Shown piece after piece: positions 10,557 through 20,758 of a DNA stretch of 64,000 nucleotides. A model generated the notes under the pieces. The model ran no database searches. It was not told where the DNA came from and saw only the letters and a program-made list of their open reading frames with translations. The position numbers and the translations under genes are program-made. Within the stretch, counting starts at the first letter, position 1. Every line of letters starts with the position of its first letter. Source of the stretch: a bacterium (GTDB lineage: Bacteria; UBA8248); assembly GCA_965207065.1 (NCBI GenBank), contig OZ242260.1, positions 1,696,001 through 1,760,000 of the forward strand. Reading direction: 5' to 3'.

Positions 10557-10661
10557 ATGGACGAGGGCCGGATAGTCGAGCGGAACGAACCCCACGAATC
10601 CTTCCACAACCACAAATCCGACCGCACGAAACGCGTCCTGAGCCAGATACTCTCGCATTAG
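10557..10661 (+). pseudogene. degenerate duplicate of the last 105 nt of aapP
   Basis: Translates MDEGRIVERNEPHESFHNHKSDRTKRVLSQILSH*, versus Aap[35 protein letters not shown] (6562-6666), with no indels. Confidence 0.85.
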
Positions 10662-10692
10662 GGTCAATCGCGACTGGTGGAGGAGTAAAAAA

Positions 10693-10977
10693 CACTCCCC
10701 CCTTGAGAGGGTTGTTGAATAAGTCCCGTAGGGACAGGTCGCGACCTGTCCCTACAACGTCCGTAGCAGTTTCGTTCGTCATTCCGGCGTATGCCGGAAT
10801 CCAGAGCTGATGAGAACGAAGACGCGGAGACTTCTAGCTCTCTTGATGAACTGATTCTATATGGTGGTGAAAGACAAAAAGATAAAACCCCTGGATTCCG
10901 GCATGCGCCGGAATGACGGCGGTGGACAATTGCGACCGAGGAGGGGTTTTTCAATAATCCCATCAAGGGGGGAGTGG
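10693..10977. repeat. nested composite of palindromic repeats
   Basis: Outer CACTCCCCCCTTGA...TCAAGGGGGGAGTG; inner GGGTTGTTGAATAAGTCCC...GGGGTTTTTCAATAATCCC; perfect 28-bp GTAG palindrome at 10728-10755; inverted CGTC-type pair at 10777-10804 and 10891-10918. Confidence 0.8.
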
Positions 10978-11086
10978 TTCCGCCATATTCTAAAGGGAGG
11001 ATGTCTCCTCAAGGGGTCAATCCCGAACAAGATGCAAAACGTAGGATAGCTCTTCCCGTTCAAACCACAATCAGCTTCACTAACCC

Positions 11087-12772
11087 CTAATCCGGCGGCC
11101 CGTAAGCCCCCGGTGCGAGGGCTTCGATGTCGGTGACGACGTCGAGGATGACGGGGCCTCCCTTCATGCTGAAGGCCTGATCGAACGCACTTCCAAGTTC
11201 GCCCGGTTTTTCCACGCGGATGCTCGCGGCGCCCATGGACTTTGCGATTTCGGTGAAGTTCGTCTGGTTGAAATGCCAGAGTTCGTGCGCCTTGCCGCGC
11301 TGTTCCCCGCCGTAGGCGTCGTCGAAAATCTTGGTCTCCTGGTTCTGGGAGCCGTTGTTGTTCACGAGAATGACGGCGTTGATGCCCCATCGCACGGCGG
11401 TCTCGACTTCGCCGATGTGATACCAGAAACCCGCATCACCCGTGAAGAGGACCACGGGACGCTCGGGCGCGCCGCACTTGGCCCCCAACGCCGCCGGGAA
11501 TCCCCAGCCCAGGTGGCCCGCCGCGCGCATGAAGCTGACGTCGGGGCTTTTGAGGTCCAGGTAGCCGCCCGTCCACATGCCCGAATGTCCGGTGTCGGCC
11601 AAGACGATGGCGTCGGACGGCAGATGCTCGCCCAGCGTCTTGCAGACGCGCTCGGGCCGCATGGGCGAGGCGTCCGAGTTCAGCAGCGGCGCGAATTCCG
11701 CACGCCACGCAGCGCCCACTCCCTCGACGCGGGATAGCCACGCCGCCCGCGCGGGGACTTCTTCCGCCGCTTCGATGAGTTTACCGAGCGAGATTTTCGC
11801 ATCGCCCATGATGGAGGCCTCGAGCGGGTAGTTGCGCCCGAGTTCTTCGGGGTCGATGTCGAGTTGAATCGCTTTGACCCCGATTTTCGGCACGCGCCAG
11901 AAGTGGGTGGTCATGCCGCCCGTCTGGGTGCCGATGAAAAAGACGAGGTCGGCTTCTGACACCAGTTCGTTCGCGCTGCGTCTGGAATAAGAGCCCACCA
12001 CGCCGACCGATAAGGGGTGATCGCCCGGAATGGATTCCTTGCCGTTCATGGAGGTGGCGACGGGAATTTGCAGCTTCTCGGCAAGCGCCACCAGCTCCGC
12101 GTTCGCGCCCGAGGTCCTGACGCCGCCGCCCGCGACGATGATGGGCCGCTCGGCTTTCGCGATTACTTCCAGCGCGTGGGCGATGCTTGCAGGTTCCGGT
12201 TCGGGCCTGTAGGCGGGAACTTGCCTGAAATTCTCCTCGACGATCAATTCCAGATCGGCCACGTCCTGCTCCACCTGCCCCAGGTTCCCGCCGAAGCGCA
12301 GGTGCACGGGGCCGGGCGTACCCGAAGTGGCGACGCGGAAGGCCTGGCGCAGCAGATCGGGAAAACGCGAAACGTCATCCACCGTGGCGTTGAACTTGGT
12401 GACCGGGTCGAACGCGCTGATGTCTTCTGTTTCCTGGTAGGCGTTCCGGTAGCGGATCTGCGGCGTGGTGCCGCCTGTGAAGGCGATGAGGGGCGCGCAG
12501 GCGAGGTGGGCGTCGCGCAGGCCCGCCGCCAGGTTCACGCCGCCCACGATCTGCGCCATGCAGACGCCGGGGCGGCCCGAGGCGCGCGCGTAGCCATCCG
12601 CCATGTAGGCCGCAGCCTTCTCCCCGTGCGTCAGGACGCGGGCGATGCCCGTGCCGCGCTCATCCATCTGGGCGAGTGAGTGGCTCAGAATCGTCGGCAC
12701 AAAGAAAATGTGGGTGACGCCGTAGGCGTGGAGGGCGTCAGCCATGAACTGCGCCCCGCTCATCTTGGGCAT
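11087..12772 (-). CDS. thiamine-diphosphate-dependent enzyme (acetolactate synthase-like)
   Basis: HGEKAAAYMADGYARASG, GTPGPVHL and GDAG...NN ThDP motif. Confidence 0.88.
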   Translation of the reverse strand: MPKMSGAQFMADALHAYGVTHIFFVPTILSHSLAQMDERGTGIARVLTHGEKAAAYMADGYARASGRPGVCMAQIVGGVNLAAGLRDAHLACAPLIAFTGGTTPQIRYRNAYQETEDISAFDPVTKFNATVDDVSRFPDLLRQAFRVATSGTPGPVHLRFGGNLGQVEQDVADLELIVEENFRQVPAYRPEPEPASIAHALEVIAKAERPIIVAGGGVRTSGANAELVALAEKLQIPVATSMNGKESIPGDHPLSVGVVGSYSRRSANELVSEADLVFFIGTQTGGMTTHFWRVPKIGVKAIQLDIDPEELGRNYPLEASIMGDAKISLGKLIEAAEEVPARAAWLSRVEGVGAAWRAEFAPLLNSDASPMRPERVCKTLGEHLPSDAIVLADTGHSGMWTGGYLDLKSPDVSFMRAAGHLGWGFPAALGAKCGAPERPVVLFTGDAGFWYHIGEVETAVRWGINAVILVNNNGSQNQETKIFDDAYGGEQRGKAHELWHFNQTNFTEIAKSMGAASIRVEKPGELGSAFDQAFSMKGGPVILDVVTDIEALAPGAYGPPD

Positions 12773-12810
12773 GTTTTAATAATCCTCAGAAATATTGGGA
12801 AAAGAAGCCG

Positions 12811-13605
12811 TCAAATTCCTATCATTTGTTTCGCCTCGTCCACGTTCGCGATTTCGCGGCCCATCTCGCCGGCGATTCTGGCGATTCGCGCGACGTGATC
12901 GGCGTTGTCGCCCAGTTCGCCGGGGTGGAGATAGGGCTCATCCTCGGTGCCCACGCGCACGTGGCCGCCGTGCATAACGGCCATCGTCTGCATGTGGATG
13001 TGCGTGGGGCCTGTGGCGCTCGTGATGTAGACCGAATCGGCGGGCAGGTTCGAGACGCGGTGCAGGAACTCGCTCAGCGAGGGCGGCGACCATGCCCCGC
13101 CCGGACGCCCGAAGAAACACGTCATGAGAACGGGCGGCTCGAGTAGCCCTTTCTGGAGCAGGTCGTCGATCATCCAGGTCTCGCCCAGGGTGAAGACCTC
13201 GAACTCGGGCTTGACGTTGTAATCCCTGCACAGCCGCATCATCTCGGCCAATTCCTCGCGGGGGTGGAGCATCATCACGTCGCGCGCGATGAAGGCCATG
13301 TTGTGCGCGCCGACGGCGACGGACATCATCTCGGGATGGTTCTTCACCACCTCTTTTCGCTGCTCGACCGTCTGGGTGGAGATGCCGTACTGGAGCATGA
13401 TTCCGCACCTGTCTCTGATGGCTTTCGAGTGAGACGCCCAGGCCTCGTAGTTCGTGGGCGGCGCATGGATGTGGGCGGTGGAAGCGCCCGCCTCATAAGC
13501 CTTTTCCACCGAGTCGGCGAGGACTTCAGAATCCGCGAAACGCTGCGGCACGCCCTCGTGCATCGAGGTGTCCGCCGCGCAGTTGATGATCATCATTTTT
13601 TCCAT
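12811..13605 (-). CDS. 3-keto-5-aminohexanoate cleavage (BKACE/DUF849) family protein
   Basis: EAGASTAHIH, VKPEFEVF and GGHVRVGTED motifs. Confidence 0.85.
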   Translation of the reverse strand: MEKMMIINCAADTSMHEGVPQRFADSEVLADSVEKAYEAGASTAHIHAPPTNYEAWASHSKAIRDRCGIMLQYGISTQTVEQRKEVVKNHPEMMSVAVGAHNMAFIARDVMMLHPREELAEMMRLCRDYNVKPEFEVFTLGETWMIDDLLQKGLLEPPVLMTCFFGRPGGAWSPPSLSEFLHRVSNLPADSVYITSATGPTHIHMQTMAVMHGGHVRVGTEDEPYLHPGELGDNADHVARIARIAGEMGREIANVDEAKQMIGI

Positions 13606-13637
13606 GAAGCGCTCCTTTATGATGCCGTAAGTTTCCT

Positions 13638-14441
13638 CTAGTTCATGCCGAGTATCTGCTTCGCCTCATCGACCGTGGCCGGGTCGCGGCCGAGTTCGTG
13701 GCCGATGCGCGCGATGCGTGCGACCAATTGCGCGTTGTTCTCGCACAGCACGCCCTCGGTGTAGTAGGGCTCATCCTCCGTTCCCACGCGCACGTGGCCG
13801 CCCTCGATGATGGTGACGGTCTCGAGCGCGTTCGAAGTGGGGCCGGCCGAACTGCACGAGAAGACGCAGCCCTCGGGCAGATGGTCGATGCGGTGGAGAA
13901 GCTCCTTGAGCGTGGCGGGAGCGTAGAAGCCGCCCGGCCAGCCAAAGAAGATGGTGATGACAACCGGGTCTTCCACCAGCCCCTTGTCCAGCAGCCATTC
14001 GAGGTTCCACAAGTGGCCCAGGTTGAAGCATTCGAACTCGGGCTTCACGCCGTGGTCGTTGAACAGGCGCACCTGGTCTTCTATCTCCTGGCGGGAGTGC
14101 TCGACCAGCAAATCGGCGTCCACGAAGGCGAAATCATGGGATCCTAAGGCGATGGAGGCCATATCCGGCTTCAAGTGGATGATCTTCTGTCTTCCAGGCA
14201 GGCCCATCGCGGCGATACCGAACTGGATAAGCACCTCGGGGCAGGCCTCGCGCACCGCGTTCGTGAGCGGCTCCCAGCTTTCGAGCTTCATGGGGATGCC
14301 GTGGATGTGGGCGATGGCCGCGCCGGCCTCGTAGCTGTCCTTTATCTCTCTGGCAACGGCGTCGGGCGTCTGGAGCCGCTTGGGCACGCCCGCGTGCTTC
14401 CGGGTGTCCGCCGCGCAGTTGGTGATGATGAGTTTCTCCAT
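13638..14441 (-). CDS. BKACE/DUF849 family protein, paralogue
   Basis: EAGAAIAHIH, VKPEFECF and GGHVRVGTED...NAQLV motifs. Confidence 0.87.
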   Translation of the reverse strand: MEKLIITNCAADTRKHAGVPKRLQTPDAVAREIKDSYEAGAAIAHIHGIPMKLESWEPLTNAVREACPEVLIQFGIAAMGLPGRQKIIHLKPDMASIALGSHDFAFVDADLLVEHSRQEIEDQVRLFNDHGVKPEFECFNLGHLWNLEWLLDKGLVEDPVVITIFFGWPGGFYAPATLKELLHRIDHLPEGCVFSCSSAGPTSNALETVTIIEGGHVRVGTEDEPYYTEGVLCENNAQLVARIARIGHELGRDPATVDEAKQILGMN

Positions 14442-14478
14442 TCGGTGCGCTCCTCAGGCTGTGTTTCCGGTTATTGAT

Positions 14479-15252
14479 CTAATCCAGGGAACCTTCCACG
14501 TAGAGGAGGTTTCGGATTCTCTGCGTGAGTTCGACGAACATCTCATCGCCCATGGTGGAGAGCGAACGCGGGCGGGGGATGTCGACGGTGATGATCTCCG
14601 ATATCCGGCCCGGCCTCGGCGTCATGACGATCACCCTGTCGCCCAGGAAAACGGCCTCGGGGATGGAGTGGGTGATGAAGAAGACGGTCTTCTTGCTCTC
14701 CAGCCAGATTCGCTGGAGTTCCAGGTTCATCTGCTCGCGCGTCATGGCGTCGAGCGCACCGAAGGGCTCATCCATCAAAAGCACGTTCGGGTCGTGGATG
14801 AGCGCGCGGATGATGGCGTTTCGCTGGCGCATGCCGCCCGAGAGTTCATGGGGGTACTTGTCCTCGAAACCATCGAGACCCACGAGTTGGATGAGGTCGT
14901 GCGCGCGCGGGAGCGTTTGCTTCGCGTCCAGCCCCAGAATCTCGGCGGGCAGCATGGTGTTCTGGAGCACGTTCCGCCACAGGAGGAGAACCGGGTCCTG
15001 AAAGACGATGCCGACGTCGTTTCGCGGGCCGTCGATGGGCGTGTCCTTGAGCGAGCAGGCGCCGGACGTCTTGGCGAGCAGGCCGCCCAGGATTTTCAGC
15101 AGCGTGCTCTTGCCGCAGCCGCTCGGACCGACGACGGAGACGAACTCGCCCTCAGCGATCTCGAAGTTGATGTCCGTCAGGGCGTGCACGATCTCGCGGC
15201 TCGCGGTGACGTATTCCTTCTCCAGGTTCGTTACCGAAATATATGCGTTCAT
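14479..15252 (-). CDS. NitT/TauT ABC ATP-binding protein
   Basis: GPSGCGKS, LSGGMRQR and MDEPFGALD. Confidence 0.9.
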   Translation of the reverse strand: MNAYISVTNLEKEYVTASREIVHALTDINFEIAEGEFVSVVGPSGCGKSTLLKILGGLLAKTSGACSLKDTPIDGPRNDVGIVFQDPVLLLWRNVLQNTMLPAEILGLDAKQTLPRAHDLIQLVGLDGFEDKYPHELSGGMRQRNAIIRALIHDPNVLLMDEPFGALDAMTREQMNLELQRIWLESKKTVFFITHSIPEAVFLGDRVIVMTPRPGRISEIITVDIPRPRSLSTMGDEMFVELTQRIRNLLYVEGSLD

Positions 15253-15313
15253 CTTTCTCCGAAACCCCCGGCGAACGAATCGCCGGGGGCGATTTCCTTA
15301 GATTGTTCGTCTC

Positions 15314-16234
15314 TTAAGCGCCCATCGTCTTGTCCGTCTCAGGCGCCCAGAAGAGCACTTTTTTCTTCACGAAGCGCACCACCTGGTGCATTCCCAGGCC
15401 CATGCACGAGAGGATCACCAGGATGGCGAACGTGCCCGTGGTGTCGCTGCTGAAGCTCATCTGCATGAGCAGAATGCCCAGACCGCACTGGCCGCGGCCG
15501 CCCCACATGCACTGGCCCGCGCCGACGAACTCGCCGAGAATCGCGCCGAGCAGACTGAACACCACCGCTATCTCGAAGCCCGCGAAGATGAAGGGCAGGG
15601 CGTTGGGGAACTGCATCTTCCAGAACATCTGCCAGCGCGAGGCGGAGAGCGAGCGCATGAGGTCTATCTGGTCCGACGCCGCGGACTTGAGCCCCACCAT
15701 GGTGTTCACCAGCAGCGGGAAGAACGCCACGAGACCGGCCAGGAAGATTTTCGACTTCACCTCGTAGCCGAACCAGATGATGAACAGGGGCGCGATGGCG
15801 AGTTTGGGCAGGGTCTGGAACGCGACCACGTAAGGCATGATGATCGCCTCGACCCATTTCGACTGCATGAACGCCAGCCCGAGTCCCAGCCCGATGAAGC
15901 TGCCCATGAAAAAGCCCATGACGGCCTCGAACAGCGTGTGGCTGATGTGGTTGTAGAAGCTCGTCTTCATCAGCCCCATGAAGTCCGCAGCGCCCTCGAC
16001 TTCCCCGCCCACGTCGTAGAAGAACAGCCCGCGCAGAAGCGCCGTGGCCACGCCCGAGGGCGCCGGGAAGATGAAATCGTCCACCTCGAAGTAGGTCACC
16101 GTCCATTCCCAGACGATGATCAGCACCACGAAGGAGACGGCGAAAAGCAGATACGGCCTTTGCAGCAGCGTCTCCGAAAGCGTGGGGCCGCCCGCAGCCT
16201 TCGGGGCTTCGTTTTTCCGGTCAGTAGTCGCCAT
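15314..16234 (-). CDS. NitT/TauT ABC permease
   Basis: QTLPKLAIAPLFIIWFG and FPNALPFIFAG. Confidence 0.88.
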   Translation of the reverse strand: MATTDRKNEAPKAAGGPTLSETLLQRPYLLFAVSFVVLIIVWEWTVTYFEVDDFIFPAPSGVATALLRGLFFYDVGGEVEGAADFMGLMKTSFYNHISHTLFEAVMGFFMGSFIGLGLGLAFMQSKWVEAIIMPYVVAFQTLPKLAIAPLFIIWFGYEVKSKIFLAGLVAFFPLLVNTMVGLKSAASDQIDLMRSLSASRWQMFWKMQFPNALPFIFAGFEIAVVFSLLGAILGEFVGAGQCMWGGRGQCGLGILLMQMSFSSDTTGTFAILVILSCMGLGMHQVVRFVKKKVLFWAPETDKTMGA

Positions 16235-16246
16235 TTCGCTTGCCTC

Positions 16247-17389
16247 TTACTTCTGCATCTTCATCATCGCCTTGAATTTTTTCAACTCCTTGGCGAAGTC
16301 GAAGCTCTTGGCGCGGTTGATGACCTCATTGCGGTCGAAGTCGTTGACCTCGTCAATCAGCTCGTTCGTGTACAGCGATTTCACCTGTTCTTCGGTCAGC
16401 TTCTTGTCCAGTCCCACGAACTTCACGTACTCGGCCCATTCGCCGTCGTGGTGCGCGCCGAACTTTTTAATCTTTTCATCATCCAGGCGCAGCTTGGGCG
16501 CGCGCGACTTGAGCACCTTGATCATCCGGGCGGTGGCCTGCGCGTCGCTCATTCCCTTGGGCTTCGATTCGGGGTAGAGCACCCAGTGGATTTTTAGCGC
16601 GGCTTCGGGGTTCGTGTAGAAGAAGAGGCTGCCCTTGGCCAGACCGCGCAGAAAGCCCACCACGGTGTCGCGGTTGTCCGCCAGGAATTTTGTGTTGATC
16701 CACACGACGTTGCCGAAGAGATTCTGCGTCCAGTCCTTCTGGTAGGGGATCATGTCGAACTTGAATCCGGCCGCCTTCGCCAGGGTGTACTGGATGTCCA
16801 CGTTCGCCCAGGCCTCCACGCGGCCGAGCTTCATGGCGGCGGCGGCTTTGGAGGCGGGTCCGACGGGAAGATACGTCACTTCCTGCTTGTCGGCGGGGAT
16901 GCCGCAGGTCTCGAGCGCTTTCCGCACGAAGATGGGGCCCGAGTCGCGCTGGCTCATGACGCCGACTTTCTTGCCTTGTAAGTCGCAGACGGACTTGATC
17001 TTGCTGCCCGGCGGCACGGCCACGCCGTCGGCGTAGATGGCGTCACGGTTCAGGATGTAGACGCCCTTGACGGGAGGCATCTTCTTGCCGCGCGCGGCGC
17101 GGAAGAGAATCGGGATGGGCCTCGGCAGGCCGACGTGCGTGCGGCCCGAGAGCACCCAGCCCATCGCCTGCGCGCCGCCCTGGGCGGCGACGAACTGCGC
17201 GTCCACGCCGTTCTCCTGGTAGTAGCCCAGGAAATTTCCGATCCAAAGAAACGATATGCCCGGGTTGAACAGCGGGTTCGCCATCGTCACCTTGATGTTC
17301 TTGAGCTTCATGGCGTCGGACGGCGCCGGCGCCGCGACGAGAAACGCGAACAGGGCCGCGACGGCGATTACGAGTCGAAACTTTTTCAT
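16247..17389 (-). CDS. NMT1/THI5-like ABC substrate-binding protein
   Basis: Signal peptide, LGYYQENG, DLQGKKVGV and LYTNELI; heads the ABC cluster. Confidence 0.8.
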   Translation of the reverse strand: MKKFRLVIAVAALFAFLVAAPAPSDAMKLKNIKVTMANPLFNPGISFLWIGNFLGYYQENGVDAQFVAAQGGAQAMGWVLSGRTHVGLPRPIPILFRAARGKKMPPVKGVYILNRDAIYADGVAVPPGSKIKSVCDLQGKKVGVMSQRDSGPIFVRKALETCGIPADKQEVTYLPVGPASKAAAAMKLGRVEAWANVDIQYTLAKAAGFKFDMIPYQKDWTQNLFGNVVWINTKFLADNRDTVVGFLRGLAKGSLFFYTNPEAALKIHWVLYPESKPKGMSDAQATARMIKVLKSRAPKLRLDDEKIKKFGAHHDGEWAEYVKFVGLDKKLTEEQVKSLYTNELIDEVNDFDRNEVINRAKSFDFAKELKKFKAMMKMQK

Positions 17390-17436
17390 GAGAGTTCTCC
17401 TCCTTGGGAATTATGAGTCAGCTAAAATCACTCGTT

Positions 17437-18204
17437 CTAATCCTCTACTATCGCTACCGGGCGCACCCACGCGCCGCTCGCGTCCTTCACGTTGATCGGA
17501 AAGCAGCATATCTTGAAGCCGTGCGGCTTCGGGATCGCGCCGATGTTGGTGATCTGCTCAATCTGGAAATACTCGCGCTGCCTGCCGAGGATGTGGTGGC
17601 AGGGCATGAGGGATTCGCGCTTGCCCGCCTTGAACTCGGGCACCTGGAAGCTGAAGGGCCTGTCGAAACCGAAGGCGTCGATGGCGATGACGCGCACGCC
17701 GCGATCGAGTAGATACTCCGTCGCCGGGATGCTCATGCCCGGGTGTAGTTCGGGGTAGTCCGGGTTGTCTCGGTGCTCGTCCGTGCCCGTCCACAGGAGC
17801 ACGATGTCGCCCGCCTTGACCTCGTAGTCGATCTTCGTGAGGCACGCCTTGATGTCCTCTTCGCTGATCCAGTCGCCTGTATTCTTATGCCTTAAATCCA
17901 GCACCACGCCGTCGCCGTAGCACCACTCGAGCGGCACCTTGTCGATCTTGCGGGAGGGTTCGCCCGCCACGGTGGGGCCGTAGTGCCAGGGGGCGTCCAT
18001 GTGGGTGGCCGAGTGGGTGGATACGGTGACGAACTCCGCCGCCCCGCCCACGCCGTCGTGAAGCTCCTCTATCGGGATGTCCCAGGTCTTGGCCGAGCGC
18101 GCGCCGAACTCCTCATGGTCGAGGTAGGTGACCTCGGGCGGGCGCGGCTCGTTCGAGCCGTTCATGATGGGGGTGCTGAGATCGATGAATCTGGTAGCGC
18201 ACAT
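17437..18204 (-). CDS. cyclase family (kynurenine formamidase-like) metal hydrolase
   Basis: HSATHMDAPWH motif, GDIVLLWTG and ASGAWVRPVA. Confidence 0.88.
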   Translation of the reverse strand: MCATRFIDLSTPIMNGSNEPRPPEVTYLDHEEFGARSAKTWDIPIEELHDGVGGAAEFVTVSTHSATHMDAPWHYGPTVAGEPSRKIDKVPLEWCYGDGVVLDLRHKNTGDWISEEDIKACLTKIDYEVKAGDIVLLWTGTDEHRDNPDYPELHPGMSIPATEYLLDRGVRVIAIDAFGFDRPFSFQVPEFKAGKRESLMPCHHILGRQREYFQIEQITNIGAIPKPHGFKICCFPINVKDASGAWVRPVAIVED

Positions 18205-18246
18205 GGCCTTTCCTTTACTGGTTGGAAACCGTTTTAGCCGGATCGC

Positions 18247-19482
18247 CTAGACGACCCAGAGTTTTCTCTCCTGCGGGTAGACGGGCTCATACCCGGTTTC
18301 GGTGACGACGACGGTTTTCTCTATCTGGGTTCCGCCCATGCCGAATATCTGGCAGGGGTTTTCGACGCATATCGTCGTGCCCGCCTCGAGCGGGAAATCG
18401 CTCGAATCCGGAAGGAAGGGGCTGCCCTGCGGCGCGGGTTCCGCGAGGACGTAGGGCACCTCGCGCTGCTCCAGACCGATGGCGTGGCCGGCGAAGTTGC
18501 CGTTGTGCTCGGGCAGCCCCGCCGCGCGCGTGGATTCCAGCAAAGTGCGGTGAATGGTGGAGCCGAGCACGCCGGCCTTGACCTTCGACATCGCGGCCTC
18601 GAAGCCTTCCTCGGTCGCCTTCCACAAATCGAGCTGCGCTTTGGTCGGCTCGCCCAGCACGCCGCCCCAGCCGGTGTCCCCCTGGTAGTTGTTCAGGACG
18701 ACGCCGGCGTCGAACTTCCACATCTCGCCCTTGGCGATCTTCTTGTCGGTGGGCGGGAAGATGCCCGTCGCCCGGCGGCCCGAGCAGAAGTGGAACCACT
18801 GCCATTTGCCGCCCATGCGCCCCACTTCCGCCGCGAAGACAGACGCGACTTCGCGCTCGGTCGCGCCTTCCGCCACCACGTTCGATGCGGCGATTCCCGC
18901 CTTCTCGTTCACTTCGGCGGCGGCGGCGAGCGCGGCTATCTCGTCCGGCGTCTTGACCATGCGGATCAATCGGAAGAAATCCGCCGCGTCGACGATCTCC
19001 GCATCCGGCAGGGCCGCCTCTATCTGGGCGCGCACGTTCGGCATCACGCGCTCCTGATCGAGCGCGAGGCGCGCCTTCGTGAGGCCGCGGTTTTTGAGGG
19101 CGAGCGCAAGGGCCTCGCCCGGATTCTTGCCGCGCTTGTGGTCGTCGTTGTAGAGGCCCAGGTAGGTTTCCTCCTCGGGCGTCTGCGCCTGCTCATCTGC
19201 CGGCTGGATGAGGGCGCTCTTGCCGCCGAATGTGTAGAGGTCCTTGATCCAGGACTGCTGGGCCGAGACGTAGGTGACCTCCTGGCCCGGCACGATGAGG
19301 GCGGGGGCCGCGCCTTCGTCGCGCGCGAAGACGGCGAACATGTGGACGGAATAGGCATAGACCTTGTTCGACCACCCCACGGTGCCCGCGAGGTAGGTGA
19401 CGTTCTCGGGCGTGGAGGCGATGATGGCGTCGAAACCGAAATCGGCCATCAGCCCGCGCGCGCGCTCTGCGTTCAGATACAT
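18247..19482 (-). CDS. M24 (Xaa-Pro peptidase/creatinase-like) hydrolase
   Basis: ENVTYLAG, RMVKTPDEI, D..YQGD, GHAIGL and CVEN..QIE. Confidence 0.85.
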   Translation of the reverse strand: MYLNAERARGLMADFGFDAIIASTPENVTYLAGTVGWSNKVYAYSVHMFAVFARDEGAAPALIVPGQEVTYVSAQQSWIKDLYTFGGKSALIQPADEQAQTPEEETYLGLYNDDHKRGKNPGEALALALKNRGLTKARLALDQERVMPNVRAQIEAALPDAEIVDAADFFRLIRMVKTPDEIAALAAAAEVNEKAGIAASNVVAEGATEREVASVFAAEVGRMGGKWQWFHFCSGRRATGIFPPTDKKIAKGEMWKFDAGVVLNNYQGDTGWGGVLGEPTKAQLDLWKATEEGFEAAMSKVKAGVLGSTIHRTLLESTRAAGLPEHNGNFAGHAIGLEQREVPYVLAEPAPQGSPFLPDSSDFPLEAGTTICVENPCQIFGMGGTQIEKTVVVTETGYEPVYPQERKLWVV

Positions 19483-19681
19483 TGTGCGTTCCTCGAAGCA
19501 GGGGGATTCGGGAGATGCCGAAACGCCCCGTTCGGGTTCCGGCCTTCCAAGCGATCCGCGTTATGTCAATTTCGGGAAGCCTATCAAATCGGCCCAAGCC
19601 TGAAAAGGGAAGCAGGGGTTCGGAATGCGGCAAATCGTTCCATATTTTGGGACGAGAGGGGTTTTTGGGGTAGAAATCAAG

Positions 19682-19730
19682 TGTAGGGACAGGTCGCGAC
19701 CTCGGACAGGCACGGGGGCCTGTCCCTACA
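19682..19730. repeat. GTAG-type REP palindrome
   Basis: TGTAGGGACAGG...CCTGTCCCTACA, the same family as 10728-10755. Confidence 0.7.
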
Positions 19731-19764
19731 TTGATGCGTGTGTCTGTTTGATCCCTGACGAAAC

Positions 19765-20673
19765 CTAAATCGGCTGTGCGCCCTGGATCTGCGTGCGGTG
19801 CATGAGGCGCGGGTGCGTGCCCGCGTGGGGTTCGCGGTAGTGCATGGTGCAGCGGTTGTCCCACAAGAGCACGTCGCCGAGCCGCCAGACGTGCGCCCAT
19901 ACGAGTTCATCGCGGCTTGCGTGCTCCCAGAGGAAATCGAGGAGCGCCTCGCTCTCTTCTTCTTCCATGTCGTCGATATACTGGGAGGGATAGACCCGCC
20001 TGCGGCCGAGATAGAGTGCTTTTCTGCCAGATTCGGGGTGCGTGCACACGAGGGGATGGTGCGGCCCCGGCACCTCGGAGGGTTTCGTCGGCAGCTTGAC
20101 GCCCGGACGGAGCGTGCCCGCGGAGTTTCTGCTCGCATCGTGGACGGCGGTCTTGCCCTCGATTTTCTGCTTCACGTCCTCGGGCAGGGTCTCATACGCC
20201 ATGTACTGGTTGCTGAAGCAGGTGTTCCCGCCCGAAGGCGGCAGCATCCGCCCGTAGAGCATGCTGCCCGCGGGCGGTTTTTCGGTGTAGGAATTGTCGT
20301 TGTGCCAGACGACCTCGCCGGATCCCAGGCTTTCGTTCTGCTGCACGGGATTTCCGTCATCATCGAGATTATGGACGACGGTGATTTCCGCATACTTGGC
20401 CGCCCAGGACTGCTGTTTCCCCGCCTTGTCGTAAAACGCCTTGGCGGCGGGCACGACGGCCTCGCCGAAGATGCGCGTGGCGTCCAGGTGCTGCTCCTCG
20501 GTCATCTCCTGATCCCGGAACAGGAGAACGAGGTGTTCCGTCCATGCGTCGCGCAGGGCTTGCTTCACCTCATCGGGCATGGGCTGGGCCAGGTCGACAC
20601 CCCTGATCTCGGCACCCAGGGCGGCGCCCGTCGGCGCCACTTCCAGACTATCGAGCGTGTTTTTCGCGTTCAT
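19765..20673 (-). CDS. TauD/TfdA family 2-oxoglutarate/Fe(II) dioxygenase
   Basis: LGAEIRGVDL, WHND and WDNRCTMH; ATG 20673 follows AGGAGG. Confidence 0.9.
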   Translation of the reverse strand: MNAKNTLDSLEVAPTGAALGAEIRGVDLAQPMPDEVKQALRDAWTEHLVLLFRDQEMTEEQHLDATRIFGEAVVPAAKAFYDKAGKQQSWAAKYAEITVVHNLDDDGNPVQQNESLGSGEVVWHNDNSYTEKPPAGSMLYGRMLPPSGGNTCFSNQYMAYETLPEDVKQKIEGKTAVHDASRNSAGTLRPGVKLPTKPSEVPGPHHPLVCTHPESGRKALYLGRRRVYPSQYIDDMEEEESEALLDFLWEHASRDELVWAHVWRLGDVLLWDNRCTMHYREPHAGTHPRLMHRTQIQGAQPI

Positions 20674-20758
20674 TTTGGTGAACTCCTCCTGATTCAAATG
20701 TGGCGCGTCATAGCCGCCGGATATGTATTTCCACATTCAAACAAAATTCCAAGCGCGT

